From NCBI GenBank assembly GCA_039714975.1, contig JBDLIH010000005.1, positions 12,857-76,856 on the forward strand: 64,000 bases of DNA. Reading direction: 5' to 3'. The notes beneath the pieces are model-generated. The model did not search any database. It was not told the DNA's origin and saw only the letters and a program-made list of their open reading frames with translations. How positions within the stretch are numbered: the first letter of the stretch is position 1; every line of letters starts with the position of its first letter. A program made the translations under genes and the position numbers. This document shows positions 36,069-45,133 of this stretch, in pieces. The DNA is from Pseudomonadota bacterium. GTDB taxonomy: Bacteria > Pseudomonadota > Gammaproteobacteria > UBA9214.

Positions 36069-36923
36069 ATGAGTGCAATGAAAGCAAAGGCTGGAAAAAT
36101 CAAGAACCAGCAGCGCCGCAAGAAGAAATCCATGGCTGAAAGGGCAGACCGGCATGTCCTGTATGAAAAATCGGTGCAAAATGTTGCATTTGAATACAAA
36201 TTCGTAAGCAAGACCTTCCGGAAATTACGTGGTCGGCGTCCCCGGCATGTACGAGAGGACTTCTGCGGTACTGCCAGTATGTGCTGTGAATGGGTCAGGC
36301 GTGACAAGGGGAATACCGCCATTGGCGTGGATCTCGATCCGGAAGTGCTGTCATGGGGACGTAAACATAACCTGTCCCGTCTGAAACCGGACGAGCGCCT
36401 GCGGGTCAGCCTGATTGAGAAAAATGTATGCGAGCTGAAAACAGCAAAGCCGCTTGATGTGGTGCTGGCCATGAATTTCAGTTACCAGTTGCTTATGACA
36501 CGCAAGAAGCTGGGTGGCTATTTCCGCAATGTGCACAAGGCGCTGGCCAAAGACGGTATTTTATTTATGGATGCCTTCGGGGGGTCAGATGCCTATCGGG
36601 AACTCAAGGACAAGCGCAAGTACAAGGGCTTCAAGTACATCTGGGAGCATGCTCGCTATAATCCTGTTGACGGACACATGGTCTGTCATATCCATTTCGG
36701 ATTCCCTGACGGGTCAAAGTTGAGGAAGGCGTTTAGCTATGAGTGGCGTCTGTGGAGTTTGCCTGAGCTGCGTGAACTTCTTGATGAGGCAGGTTTTTCA
36801 AAGGTTACGGTGTACTGGGAGGGGACTGACCCGGAGACCGGAGAGGGGACCAATGTCTATTCACCGGCTACCGTGGGCGATGCAGATCCAGGGTGGATTT
36901 GTTTTCTTGTCGCAGAAAAATAG
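36069..36923 (+). CDS. Class I SAM-dependent methyltransferase (probable)
   Basis: Motif I-like EDFCGTASM...AIGVDLD and post-I/II VVLAMNFSYQ. Confidence 0.65.
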   Translation: MSAMKAKAGKIKNQQRRKKKSMAERADRHVLYEKSVQNVAFEYKFVSKTFRKLRGRRPRHVREDFCGTASMCCEWVRRDKGNTAIGVDLDPEVLSWGRKHNLSRLKPDERLRVSLIEKNVCELKTAKPLDVVLAMNFSYQLLMTRKKLGGYFRNVHKALAKDGILFMDAFGGSDAYRELKDKRKYKGFKYIWEHARYNPVDGHMVCHIHFGFPDGSKLRKAFSYEWRLWSLPELRELLDEAGFSKVTVYWEGTDPETGEGTNVYSPATVGDADPGWICFLVAEK

Positions 36924-36968
36924 ACGGAGTACTTCTTCAGCCCGATCCCGGTTGATTATGTTGTAATC

Positions 36969-38159
36969 ATGTCAAAGTTAATTGTCATCAAGGAGTCCGA
37001 AGGTGACCGCACCCCTTTTCTGCGCGGGATCCTGGTGCGGTCTCTGGTCAAGACCGGGCTTGCATTTGAAGATGCCTATGAACTGGCACAGGCCGTACGC
37101 AATGAGCTGCAGGAAGGACGGGAGATTACAAGTACTGAACTGAAGGGCAGGGTGGCCGTGCTGCTGGAAGAACGACACGGCAGCCAAAAGCGCGAGCTCT
37201 ATGAAGCCGAGCCCCACGGTGATTCCGGTATCATCGTGCACGCACCCACACGCAGCGTCCCCTTTTCTGTAGGCATACTGGCGCATTCACTGGAAACCTG
37301 TGCCATAACACCGGAGATGGCCATGCAGGGCGCGCGCAAGGTTCTGGCCAATTTGAGAAAAACAGGTCACCGGGAAATTGACCACAAGGCCCTGCGGCGG
37401 GTTATACACAGATGCCTGCATGAGCACTGTTCCCCGGAAGCGGCTGACCGCTATCTGTCATGGCGCCGCTTTGAGAACAGCGGCATGGCCCTGATTATCC
37501 TGATTGGCGGTATTACCGGTAGTGGCAAGAGCACGGTATCATCCGAACTCGCTTATCGACTGGATATTTCACGTCACCAGTCCACGGACATGATGCGAGA
37601 GATCATCCGCTCCTACCTGTCACCGCAGATGGTGCCTACCCTGAAGTATTCAAGCTTCGAGGCCTGGCGTGGTCTGCCGGGTAATGCGGACGGGAGCGGG
37701 TCGGCCACTGAAGGTCAGGTCATTGCCGGTTTTCTTTCACAGTTTTCCGCCATGAAACTGGCACTGGAATCAACCATTGACCGCGCCATCGAGGAAAGAC
37801 AGCATCTGATTCTGGAAGGTGTCCACGTGGTACCCACAGAATTGGGTCTTCAGGCCAGGCAGGACGAGGCTGTTGTTATCCCGATCAAGCTTGCCTGCAT
37901 GAAAAAGGAATTGTTGCGGAAACAGCTTGAACGACATGGCCGTAAAAAAAACAAGCAGCTTGCCGCGCACTACCTGGAGAATCTGGATGATATCTGGAAT
38001 CTGCAATCATGGTTGCTGGATGAAGCAGACAAGGCAGAGATAACCATCATAGAAAACTGGTATATCGAAGATACAGTACGTGCGGCACTGGATCTTGTTA
38101 TCGGGGAATTAATGAAGCGGTTTCCGCCAGAACCGGATGATGAGCAGTACCTGAACTGA
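36969..38159 (+). CDS. ATP-cone domain fused to a P-loop kinase (2-phosphoglycerate-kinase-like)
   Basis: N-terminal ATP-cone-like IVIKESEGDRTPFLRGILVRSL...ELAQAVRNEL. P-loop ILIGGITGSGKSTVSSELA, followed by STDMMREIIR. Confidence 0.65.
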   Translation: MSKLIVIKESEGDRTPFLRGILVRSLVKTGLAFEDAYELAQAVRNELQEGREITSTELKGRVAVLLEERHGSQKRELYEAEPHGDSGIIVHAPTRSVPFSVGILAHSLETCAITPEMAMQGARKVLANLRKTGHREIDHKALRRVIHRCLHEHCSPEAADRYLSWRRFENSGMALIILIGGITGSGKSTVSSELAYRLDISRHQSTDMMREIIRSYLSPQMVPTLKYSSFEAWRGLPGNADGSGSATEGQVIAGFLSQFSAMKLALESTIDRAIEERQHLILEGVHVVPTELGLQARQDEAVVIPIKLACMKKELLRKQLERHGRKKNKQLAAHYLENLDDIWNLQSWLLDEADKAEITIIENWYIEDTVRAALDLVIGELMKRFPPEPDDEQYLN

Positions 38160-38626
38160 TGCCCCGGGAGATTGAAAGAAAATATCGGGTCAGGGGTGTC
38201 GGCTGGCGCACGCAGGGGACAGGGGTTCCTTACCGGCAGGGTTATCTCTCCACGGTAGCAGAACGTACTGTCCGTGTAAGGGTAATCCGGGATAAAGGCT
38301 ATCTCACTATCAAGGGCATCACTGTCGGCGCCACGCGCGCCGAGTACGAATATGAAATCCCGGCCGATGAGGCTGGCGAGATGCTGGATAATCTCTGTGA
38401 ACGTCCCTTGATAGAAAAAACACGTTACCGGATTGAACACCAGGGCCTGACCTGGGAGGTTGATGAGTTCGACGGCGACAATGCGGGTCTGATCATTGCC
38501 GAGGTGGAACTTGACGCGGAAGAGCAGGCTATCGTGTTACCTGACTGGGTTGGAGAAGAAGTGACAGACGACCCGCGCTACTACAATGCAAACCTGATTG
38601 CACACCCTTATTCAACATGGCCGTGA
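38159..38626 (+). CDS. CYTH (triphosphate tunnel metalloenzyme) domain protein
   Basis: Canonical N-terminal ExExK (MPREIERKYRV) and ...IIAEVELD acidic strand. There is a TGATG junction with the upstream gene. Confidence 0.85.
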   Translation: MPREIERKYRVRGVGWRTQGTGVPYRQGYLSTVAERTVRVRVIRDKGYLTIKGITVGATRAEYEYEIPADEAGEMLDNLCERPLIEKTRYRIEHQGLTWEVDEFDGDNAGLIIAEVELDAEEQAIVLPDWVGEEVTDDPRYYNANLIAHPYSTWP

Positions 38627-38646
38627 TCTGGCAGCCGTTGCATGAT

Positions 38647-39933
38647 CTAGGGTACCTTGCTGTTAATCGTTATTTGAATTTCTTCTTTCGTCTGCGTGGC
38701 TACAGGTGAAACGGTACCTTGCAGGTCACCGCTCTGTGGCATCGCGCCGCCTGACTTTGAAACCCGGGCGCCGACGGTGACCTGATCAAACTTTGACAGC
38801 ACCATTTGCGGCGTCATTGCCATTGAGTCATTCAGTGTCACGGTAACGGGCAGGTCTTTTACCTGCTTGCGAACGATGGCCAGCGGCATGCGTGGCCCTT
38901 GCGCTGCGCGGGCAAAGATAAACACGGTGTCTTCAGCAGCGGCCGCTGCAGCAAGGTCCGGGTCCAGGGCGACGTGCACGCTCAGTGTTGCGCTACTGGC
39001 ACTGTCCACGGCTGCGGTGGTGGCTGACTCCGCCATTACTGTGGCGGGGGCAGTTTCTGTGTCAATACCGAGTTGACCCTGAAGCCTGTTGATCTGTTGA
39101 GCGATCACGGCGGCATCTTCACTGCCGGCCGGCAGCTTCGCGGCTGCCTGCTGCCAGTACTCAAGTGCCTCTGTATACGCACCCGACTGATTCTTCCAAT
39201 GCCCGGCGAGCCACAGGCCCTTGACGTTGCCCGGGTCGAGTTCCAGCGCCCGTATCAGCAGTGCACCGGAATCATCAGTGAAGGTGCCGCCGCTGGCCAT
39301 GACCATGGCATCGGCATAATCGGTCAGCAGGGCGGCATTCTCACCACCCAGGCGCAGCACGTTTTCATAGGCGGTCACGGCTTCGTTGTAGCGTTTCATG
39401 ATGCTGTAGCTGCGGGCCAGCATCACCCAGCCTTTCAGGTCGTCCGGTTGTTGCTGCAGGCGTGCAGCAAGCTTGGCCACCATTTCCTCTATCGAGGCTG
39501 CCTGCTGTGACTGTGCTGCTTGTGGCTGTGCTGCTTGTGACGGTGAAGATCGTGCCTGCTGCAACCGGTCAATTAGCTCCGCAGAGCCCATGAGTTGATA
39601 AAACAGTACCGCACACAGGGGGATGGCGGGAATTAACAGCAGCGTAAGCCAGCGGCCATTGCGTTCGGGTGTTATCGTCCGCTCGCTTTCGGTGGAGCCA
39701 AGATCATAGAGCAGCTCTCGCTCAATATCCTGGCGAGCCGCATCATACTGGGTCTTGTCAAGTTTGCCGGCAGTCAGGTCGGCCTCCAGTTCAGCAAGCT
39801 GTTCCTTGATGACCGTTGTGTTGAGATCGTCCCGGGTAACGACGGACACTGTGCGCTTGCGCATCAGCGGTGGCAATACAAACAGTAGTGCCACCATCAC
39901 CATGACGGTGGCGAGACTCCAGAAGACGGTCAT
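38647..39933 (-). CDS. ccmI: Cytochrome c maturation protein CcmI (TPR)
   Basis: N-terminal TM segments and TPR-like repeats (...YSIMKRYNEAVTAYENVLRL...). Last gene of the ccm operon, with an ATGA overlap with ccmH. Confidence 0.8.
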   Translation of the reverse strand: MTVFWSLATVMVMVALLFVLPPLMRKRTVSVVTRDDLNTTVIKEQLAELEADLTAGKLDKTQYDAARQDIERELLYDLGSTESERTITPERNGRWLTLLLIPAIPLCAVLFYQLMGSAELIDRLQQARSSPSQAAQPQAAQSQQAASIEEMVAKLAARLQQQPDDLKGWVMLARSYSIMKRYNEAVTAYENVLRLGGENAALLTDYADAMVMASGGTFTDDSGALLIRALELDPGNVKGLWLAGHWKNQSGAYTEALEYWQQAAAKLPAGSEDAAVIAQQINRLQGQLGIDTETAPATVMAESATTAAVDSASSATLSVHVALDPDLAAAAAAEDTVFIFARAAQGPRMPLAIVRKQVKDLPVTVTLNDSMAMTPQMVLSKFDQVTVGARVSKSGGAMPQSGDLQGTVSPVATQTKEEIQITINSKVP

Positions 39934-40457
39934 TGGTCTTTGTCCTGGCTGGTTGTTGTATTGCCGAGGATGGTATTCAGTCGTTCACGTTCCTCGGCCG
40001 AAATTTCGGCAGCCGGCACTTTTTGCTGTCTGCGTATACTGCGCAGCAACAACAGGCCGGCAATGAGCAACAGCACGAAAGGGCCAAACCAGATCAGGTA
40101 AGTGGACGGTTTTATCGGCGGATTATAGAGCACGAAGTCACCGTAGCGGGCGACAAGAAATTCGACAATCTCCTGGTCATTCTTGCCAGCCTGAACCATG
40201 TCATAGACTTCGGCGCGCAGGTCATGGGCCAGTTCGGCATCAGAGTCCACCAGTGACTGATTCTGGCACACAAGGCAACGAAGTTCTTCAATAAGGTCCT
40301 TGAAGTGCTGTTCTTCAGCCTTGCTGTCAAACTTGAAGGACTCCAGAGTGACGCCGGCCTGTGCCAGGCTGGCGCCTAGCAGCAGGCATAGCGTCAGAAC
40401 AGCAACCAGTGTTTTCAGGATGCCCTGAGTAATTATTTTATCGTCATCCCGGCGCAT
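39930..40457 (-). CDS. ccmH: Cytochrome c heme lyase subunit CcmH
   Basis: LRCLVCQNQSLVDSD (CXXC) and a C-terminal TM. Start set to ATG 40457, giving the signal peptide MRRDDDKIITQGILKTLVAVLTLCLLLGASLAQA. This ATG lies inside the palindromic repeat. The track start at 40535 adds 26 repeat-encoded residues. Confidence 0.8.
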   Translation of the reverse strand: MRRDDDKIITQGILKTLVAVLTLCLLLGASLAQAGVTLESFKFDSKAEEQHFKDLIEELRCLVCQNQSLVDSDAELAHDLRAEVYDMVQAGKNDQEIVEFLVARYGDFVLYNPPIKPSTYLIWFGPFVLLLIAGLLLLRSIRRQQKVPAAEISAEERERLNTILGNTTTSQDKDQ

Positions 40458-40509
40458 GCCGGGATCCAGGGTTTTCAATGCACTGGATGCCGGCATGCGC
40501 CGGCATGAT
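40443..40509. repeat. GC-rich double-hairpin palindromic intergenic repeat (copy B)
   Basis: gtcatcccggcgcatgccgggatcc...ggatgccggcatgcgccggcatgat. Same architecture as 14682-14755. Lies at the ccmG/ccmH junction. Confidence 0.85.
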
Positions 40510-40531
40510 GAATTAATCAGCGTTTCACTTT

Positions 40532-41071
40532 TCATGGGGTGGATTGCAGCTCTGCGATTAGTGGCAATATTTCATTGTTCAGGGCGTCGACTGTAAGCGG
40601 GCCAATATGCTTGTGGCGGATGATCCCCTGTTTATCCATGATGAAGGTCTCCGGTGCGCCGTAAACACCCCAGTCAATGCCGGTGCGGCCATCGGCATCG
40701 AAGGCATTTGCTGCGTAGGGGTCACCGAGTTGCAGCAGCCACTGTTGTGCCTTGGGACGTTCATCCTTGTAATTCAGGCCATAGATATCGACCTTGCCGG
40801 TCTTTGCCAGCAACAATAACACTTCGTGTTCTGCGCGACAGGAGACGCACCAGGTCGCCCAGATATTCAGAATGGAGACTTTGCCCTTGAGGTCGGTGTC
40901 GCTAATGGTGGCAGCGGGGTCCTGTAAACGCGGTAACACAAATGCCGGCATCGGTTTGCCGACCAGCGGGGACGGCACCCGCTTGGGATCGAGACTCAGT
41001 CCCCGGTAAAGAAAGGCAACCAGAATAAAAAAGATTGCCAGTGGTACCAGGTAGCGCAGGTAGCGTGTCAT
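40532..41071 (-). CDS. ccmG: Thiol:disulfide interchange protein DsbE/CcmG
   Basis: Thioredoxin-fold WATWCVSCRAEH and an N-terminal membrane anchor. Confidence 0.9.
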   Translation of the reverse strand: MTRYLRYLVPLAIFFILVAFLYRGLSLDPKRVPSPLVGKPMPAFVLPRLQDPAATISDTDLKGKVSILNIWATWCVSCRAEHEVLLLLAKTGKVDIYGLNYKDERPKAQQWLLQLGDPYAANAFDADGRTGIDWGVYGAPETFIMDKQGIIRHKHIGPLTVDALNNEILPLIAELQSTP

Positions 41072-43077
41072 CAGACGCGGCCCTCCGTTGCCAGCCGTTT
41101 GGAGGCGACCGGTTCCGCGACGGTCTTGCGCAGGGCCGCCATACGATAGCGCCGGTCGGTGGCAGCGAGCAGGCCGCCCAGACCCATGAGGATGCAGCCG
41201 AGCCAGATCCAGCGTACAAAGGGTTTGTAATACAGGCGCAGACTCCAGTCACCGTTGCCCAGTGTTTCTCCCAGCGAGACATAGATGTCGCGGGTGAAAC
41301 CGGGGTCGATACCGGCTTCCGTCATTGGTTTGGTCTGTACCAGGTAGGTGCGTTTTTCAGGATTCAGCACGGCGACTTCCTGACCACTGCTGTTGAATAC
41401 CCGAATCGTGCCCCGGTCGGCGCGGTAGTTGGGGCCCTGTACGGCCTCGGCGCCATCGAAGCGGAAGGTGTGTCCTGCCAGTTCGACCGTCTGTCCGGGT
41501 GACATGCGGATGTCCTGTTCCACATCAAACTGGGTGACAAAGGTGACCCCGATAATAAAGACGGCGATGCCGAAGTGCGCAATGATCATGCCGTAGTAGC
41601 TGCCACTGCCGCGTGCGCCGAAATCCCGCAGTAGGCCGGCCAGTCCCTTGCGGTATTTGAAACGCTGCCGCAGGCTGAGCACCAGTGACGAGACCACCCA
41701 CAGTGACAGCATCACGGCGAGACCGATCCAGATATTGCCTTCATGGAATAGCGGTAATGCCAGCAGGATACCGCCGCCAACACTCACCAGCAGTGCAAGA
41801 CGCAGTTGCCGGGCGAGGGCGCCGGGGTCCTGCTTTTTCCAGCGGGCCAGGGGGCCGATTCCCATGAGCATGACCAGAAACGGCGTAAAGATGACAAACA
41901 TGGTGGTGAACCAGGGGAACCCGACCGAGATCTTTCCCCAGCCCATGGCGTCGTAAATCAGCGGTGCCAGTGTCCCCAGCAGAATAAAGGCGGTGATCAC
42001 TACCAGCAGTACGTTATTCCCCAGCAACAGGGTCTCGCGGCAGAACAGGTCAAAACGTCCGCCGCTGGTGACTTCAGGCGCCCGCCAGGCGTACAACAGC
42101 AGCGAACCGCCAATGACAATGCACAGAAAGATCAGGATGAACAGTCCGCGTGCCGGGTCGGCGGCAAAGGAGTGCACCGAGGTGAGTACGCCGGAGCGCA
42201 CCAGGAAGGTGCCCAGCAGGCTCAAGGAGAAGGCCGTCAGCGCCAGCAGCACCGTCCAGCGTTTGAAGGCGCCGCGTTTTTCGGTCACCGCCAGTGAATG
42301 GATCAGGGCCGTGGCCACCAGCCAGGGCATGAACGAGGCATTCTCGACCGGGTCCCAGAACCACCAGCCGCCCCAGCCCAGTTCATAGTAGGCCCACCAG
42401 CTGCCCAGGCCGATGCCAAGGGTCAGAAACACCCAGGCGATCAGGGTCCAGGGCCTGGACCAGCGCGCCCAGGCCGCATCCAGTTTGCCGCCAATCAGCG
42501 CCGCGATGGCAAAACTGAAGGCCACGGACAGGCCGACGTAGCCCATGTAGAGCATGGGGGGGTGTATCGCCAGACCAAAGTCCTGCAGCAGCGGGTTCAG
42601 GTCGCCGCCTTCCAGCGGCACCGGGAAGATGCGTTCAAACGGGTTGGAGGTAAACAGCAGGAATGATATGAAGCCGATACTGACCATGCCCATCACCGAC
42701 AGCACCCGCGCCAGCACCTCGGCCGGCAGCTTGCGACTGAACAGCGAGACGGCCACGGTCCAGGTGCCCAGGGTCAGGGCCCACAGCAGCAGTGATCCCT
42801 CGTGGGCGCCCCAGACGGCGGAGATCTTGTAGATGTCCGGCAGCTGGGAGTTGCCATTTTGGGCGACATAGAGCACGGAAAAGTCATTGGTCAGGAAGGC
42901 ATTGACAAGGCAACCAAAGGAAATCATCAGAAAGGTGAACTGTCCCAAAGCCGCCGGGCGTGCCAGCGCGACCCAGCCGGGTGTGTTGTTGAGGCTGCCG
43001 ATCATGGGAACGGTCGCCAGCACCAGCGACATGCACAGCGCCAGGATCAGGGCAAATTGACCAAGTTCCGGGATCAT
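41071..43077 (-). CDS. ccmF: Cytochrome c heme lyase subunit CcmF
   Basis: 668-aa polytopic protein with WWD motif WGGWWFWDPVENASFMPW. Confidence 0.95.
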   Translation of the reverse strand: MIPELGQFALILALCMSLVLATVPMIGSLNNTPGWVALARPAALGQFTFLMISFGCLVNAFLTNDFSVLYVAQNGNSQLPDIYKISAVWGAHEGSLLLWALTLGTWTVAVSLFSRKLPAEVLARVLSVMGMVSIGFISFLLFTSNPFERIFPVPLEGGDLNPLLQDFGLAIHPPMLYMGYVGLSVAFSFAIAALIGGKLDAAWARWSRPWTLIAWVFLTLGIGLGSWWAYYELGWGGWWFWDPVENASFMPWLVATALIHSLAVTEKRGAFKRWTVLLALTAFSLSLLGTFLVRSGVLTSVHSFAADPARGLFILIFLCIVIGGSLLLYAWRAPEVTSGGRFDLFCRETLLLGNNVLLVVITAFILLGTLAPLIYDAMGWGKISVGFPWFTTMFVIFTPFLVMLMGIGPLARWKKQDPGALARQLRLALLVSVGGGILLALPLFHEGNIWIGLAVMLSLWVVSSLVLSLRQRFKYRKGLAGLLRDFGARGSGSYYGMIIAHFGIAVFIIGVTFVTQFDVEQDIRMSPGQTVELAGHTFRFDGAEAVQGPNYRADRGTIRVFNSSGQEVAVLNPEKRTYLVQTKPMTEAGIDPGFTRDIYVSLGETLGNGDWSLRLYYKPFVRWIWLGCILMGLGGLLAATDRRYRMAALRKTVAEPVASKRLATEGRV

Positions 43078-43541
43078 GGATCGGTTCCGTTGGTGTTTGT
43101 GTCAGCGGTACCTGCCTCATGGGTGGCTTTCAGGGCATCGGCCACTTCCGGTGGCATGTAGTTTTCGTCATGCTTGGCCAGCACTTCGCTGGCGACGAAC
43201 ATCCGGTCCTTGCCAAGCTCTCCCAGCGCCACGATACCCTGACCCTCGCGGAACAGATCCGGCAGGATACCGGTGTACCGGATGGTGGTCGTTTCGGCGT
43301 TGTCGGTGATGTCAAAGTGTACGGTCAGTCCGTCTTCCTGGCGTTTCACGCTGCCGGTGGTGACCAGTCCGCCGACGCGGATGGGATGATCGACCGGTGC
43401 CTCACCGGCGACGATGTCGGACGGTGTATAGAAGAACATCAGGTTTTCGTTGAAGGCCTTGAGCGCAAAGCCGGCCGCGATAGCGATGCCTGCGACCATG
43501 AGCACTATCAGGATCATGCGTTTCTTGCGTTTGGGTGTCAT
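43074..43541 (-). CDS. ccmE: Heme chaperone CcmE
   Basis: LAKHDENYMPPEV (heme-binding His). Start moved to ATG 43541 (MTPKRKKRM...), which overlaps the ccmD stop (ATGA). Confidence 0.9.
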   Translation of the reverse strand: MTPKRKKRMILIVLMVAGIAIAAGFALKAFNENLMFFYTPSDIVAGEAPVDHPIRVGGLVTTGSVKRQEDGLTVHFDITDNAETTTIRYTGILPDLFREGQGIVALGELGKDRMFVASEVLAKHDENYMPPEVADALKATHEAGTADTNTNGTDP

Positions 43542-43711
43542 GTGGTGTTTCTCCGTGCCCGTCTTGCTGCACGGGCAATGTCGCCCAGCAGCTTCTTGCG
43601 CTGCCGCAGCGGCAGGATCACATTGGCCAGCAGGACGATCAGGGCCAGACCGTAGGATGTCCACACGTAGAACGCGTAACCACCCATGTGGAAGAATTCA
43701 TTCAGATTCAT
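43538..43711 (-). CDS. ccmD: Heme exporter protein CcmD (57 aa; not in the ORF track)
   Basis: My own translation is MNLNEFFHMGGYAFYVWTSYGLALIVLLANVILPLRQRKKLLGDIARAARRARRNTT*. The NEFFxMGGYAFxVW core matches CcmD. There are ATGA overlaps with ccmC (43708-43711) and ccmE (43538-43541). Confidence 0.85.
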   Translation of the reverse strand: MNLNEFFHMGGYAFYVWTSYGLALIVLLANVILPLRQRKKLLGDIARAARRARRNTT

Positions 43712-44448
43712 TTTGTCTCCGCAAGTTCCCTGACCCAGCCGGTATTACGCTCGCGCTCCAGCACCTCGCAGCGTGCACGCATCAGCACCACGAAAGCGTA
43801 GTAGAACTTGAAGGCAAACGCCATCAGCAGCAGGGGTATCAGCATACTGAGATGGATAGAGGGTTTGTCGAACTTGGTAACGGTCGGGCCCTGGTGCAGG
43901 GTATTCCACCATTCGACCGAATAGTGAATGATGGGGATATTCACGACGCCGACCAGAGCAAGGATAGCCACGGCACGCGCTGCAGTGCGCTTGTCGTCGA
44001 TTGCATTGTACAGCGCGATCACACCCAGGTAGAGAAACAGCAGGATCAGTTCGGACGTCAGGCGTGCATCCCAGACCCACCAGGTGCCCCACATCGGCTT
44101 GCCCCAGATCGAACCGGTAACCAGCGCCAGAAACGTAAACGAGGCACCGACGCCCGCACTGCTGATGGCCATCACCTCGGCCAGCTTGATATGCCAGATC
44201 AGGCCGATGGCCCCGGCAGCGGCCATTACCACATAGATGAACATCGACATCCAGGCGGCCGGCACATGAATGAACATGATGCGGTAACTATCACCCTGCT
44301 GGTAATCCGGCGGCGCCTTGTACAGGCCGTAGTACAGGCCGGCCAGGAACAGCAGAACGCAGCCCGTCGCGAGCCACGGGATAAGGCGCCCGGAAATACT
44401 GTAGAAGTATTTTGGTGACGCCATCTTGTGAAAGAAGTTATTGAACAT
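43708..44448 (-). CDS. ccmC: Heme exporter protein CcmC
   Basis: WWD motif WGKPMWGTWWVWDARLTS. Confidence 0.95.
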   Translation of the reverse strand: MFNNFFHKMASPKYFYSISGRLIPWLATGCVLLFLAGLYYGLYKAPPDYQQGDSYRIMFIHVPAAWMSMFIYVVMAAAGAIGLIWHIKLAEVMAISSAGVGASFTFLALVTGSIWGKPMWGTWWVWDARLTSELILLFLYLGVIALYNAIDDKRTAARAVAILALVGVVNIPIIHYSVEWWNTLHQGPTVTKFDKPSIHLSMLIPLLLMAFAFKFYYAFVVLMRARCEVLERERNTGWVRELAETK

Positions 44449-44449
44449 A

Positions 44450-45133
44450 TCAACTCAAACTTATACGCAGGGCCGCAGCGGTTGCCAGTGGCGACAGGCT
44501 CAGGGACAACACCAGTAACGCGCTGATCAGCGATAAATGGGCAGTAACCGGAAGGCCTGCAGCAGCCGTATCCACTGCATTGGCCGCAAATATCAACAAC
44601 GGAATGTATAATGGTAACACGAGCAGGGACAGTATCATCCCCCCCTTGCGCAGTCCCACCGTGAGTGCCACGCCCACGGCACCGATCAGGCTCAGCACCG
44701 GCGTGCCCAGCGCCAGGGTAACCAGCAGGATCATAATGGCATCGCCGGGCAGCCCCAGCAGCACGCCCAGCAGCGGTGAAATCACCAGCAAGGGCAGGCC
44801 GGTGATCAGCCAGTGGGCCAGTACCTTGGCAAGCACCAGCACCGATACCGGGTGCGAACTCAGCAGGAACTGTTCCAGTGTGCCGTCCTCGAAATCGGAG
44901 CGGAAGATGCCTTCCAGCGACAGCAGGGCGGCGAGCAGCGCTGCCACCCAGATTACACCCGGGCCCACTGCCTGCAGCAGTTTCGGGTCGGCGCCGATGC
45001 CAAGCGGGAACAGGCTGGTGACCAGCACGAAGAACAGCAGCGGGTTGATCATTTCCGCCCGGTGCCGGATTGCCAGCGTCAGGTCACGCTTCAGCAGCAG
45101 GGTAAAGGCACGGAGCAGGGAATCGGAGGTCAT
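44450..45133 (-). CDS. ccmB: Heme exporter permease CcmB
   Basis: 227-aa six-TM protein between ccmA and ccmC. Confidence 0.9.
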   Translation of the reverse strand: MTSDSLLRAFTLLLKRDLTLAIRHRAEMINPLLFFVLVTSLFPLGIGADPKLLQAVGPGVIWVAALLAALLSLEGIFRSDFEDGTLEQFLLSSHPVSVLVLAKVLAHWLITGLPLLVISPLLGVLLGLPGDAIMILLVTLALGTPVLSLIGAVGVALTVGLRKGGMILSLLVLPLYIPLLIFAANAVDTAAAGLPVTAHLSLISALLVLSLSLSPLATAAALRISLS

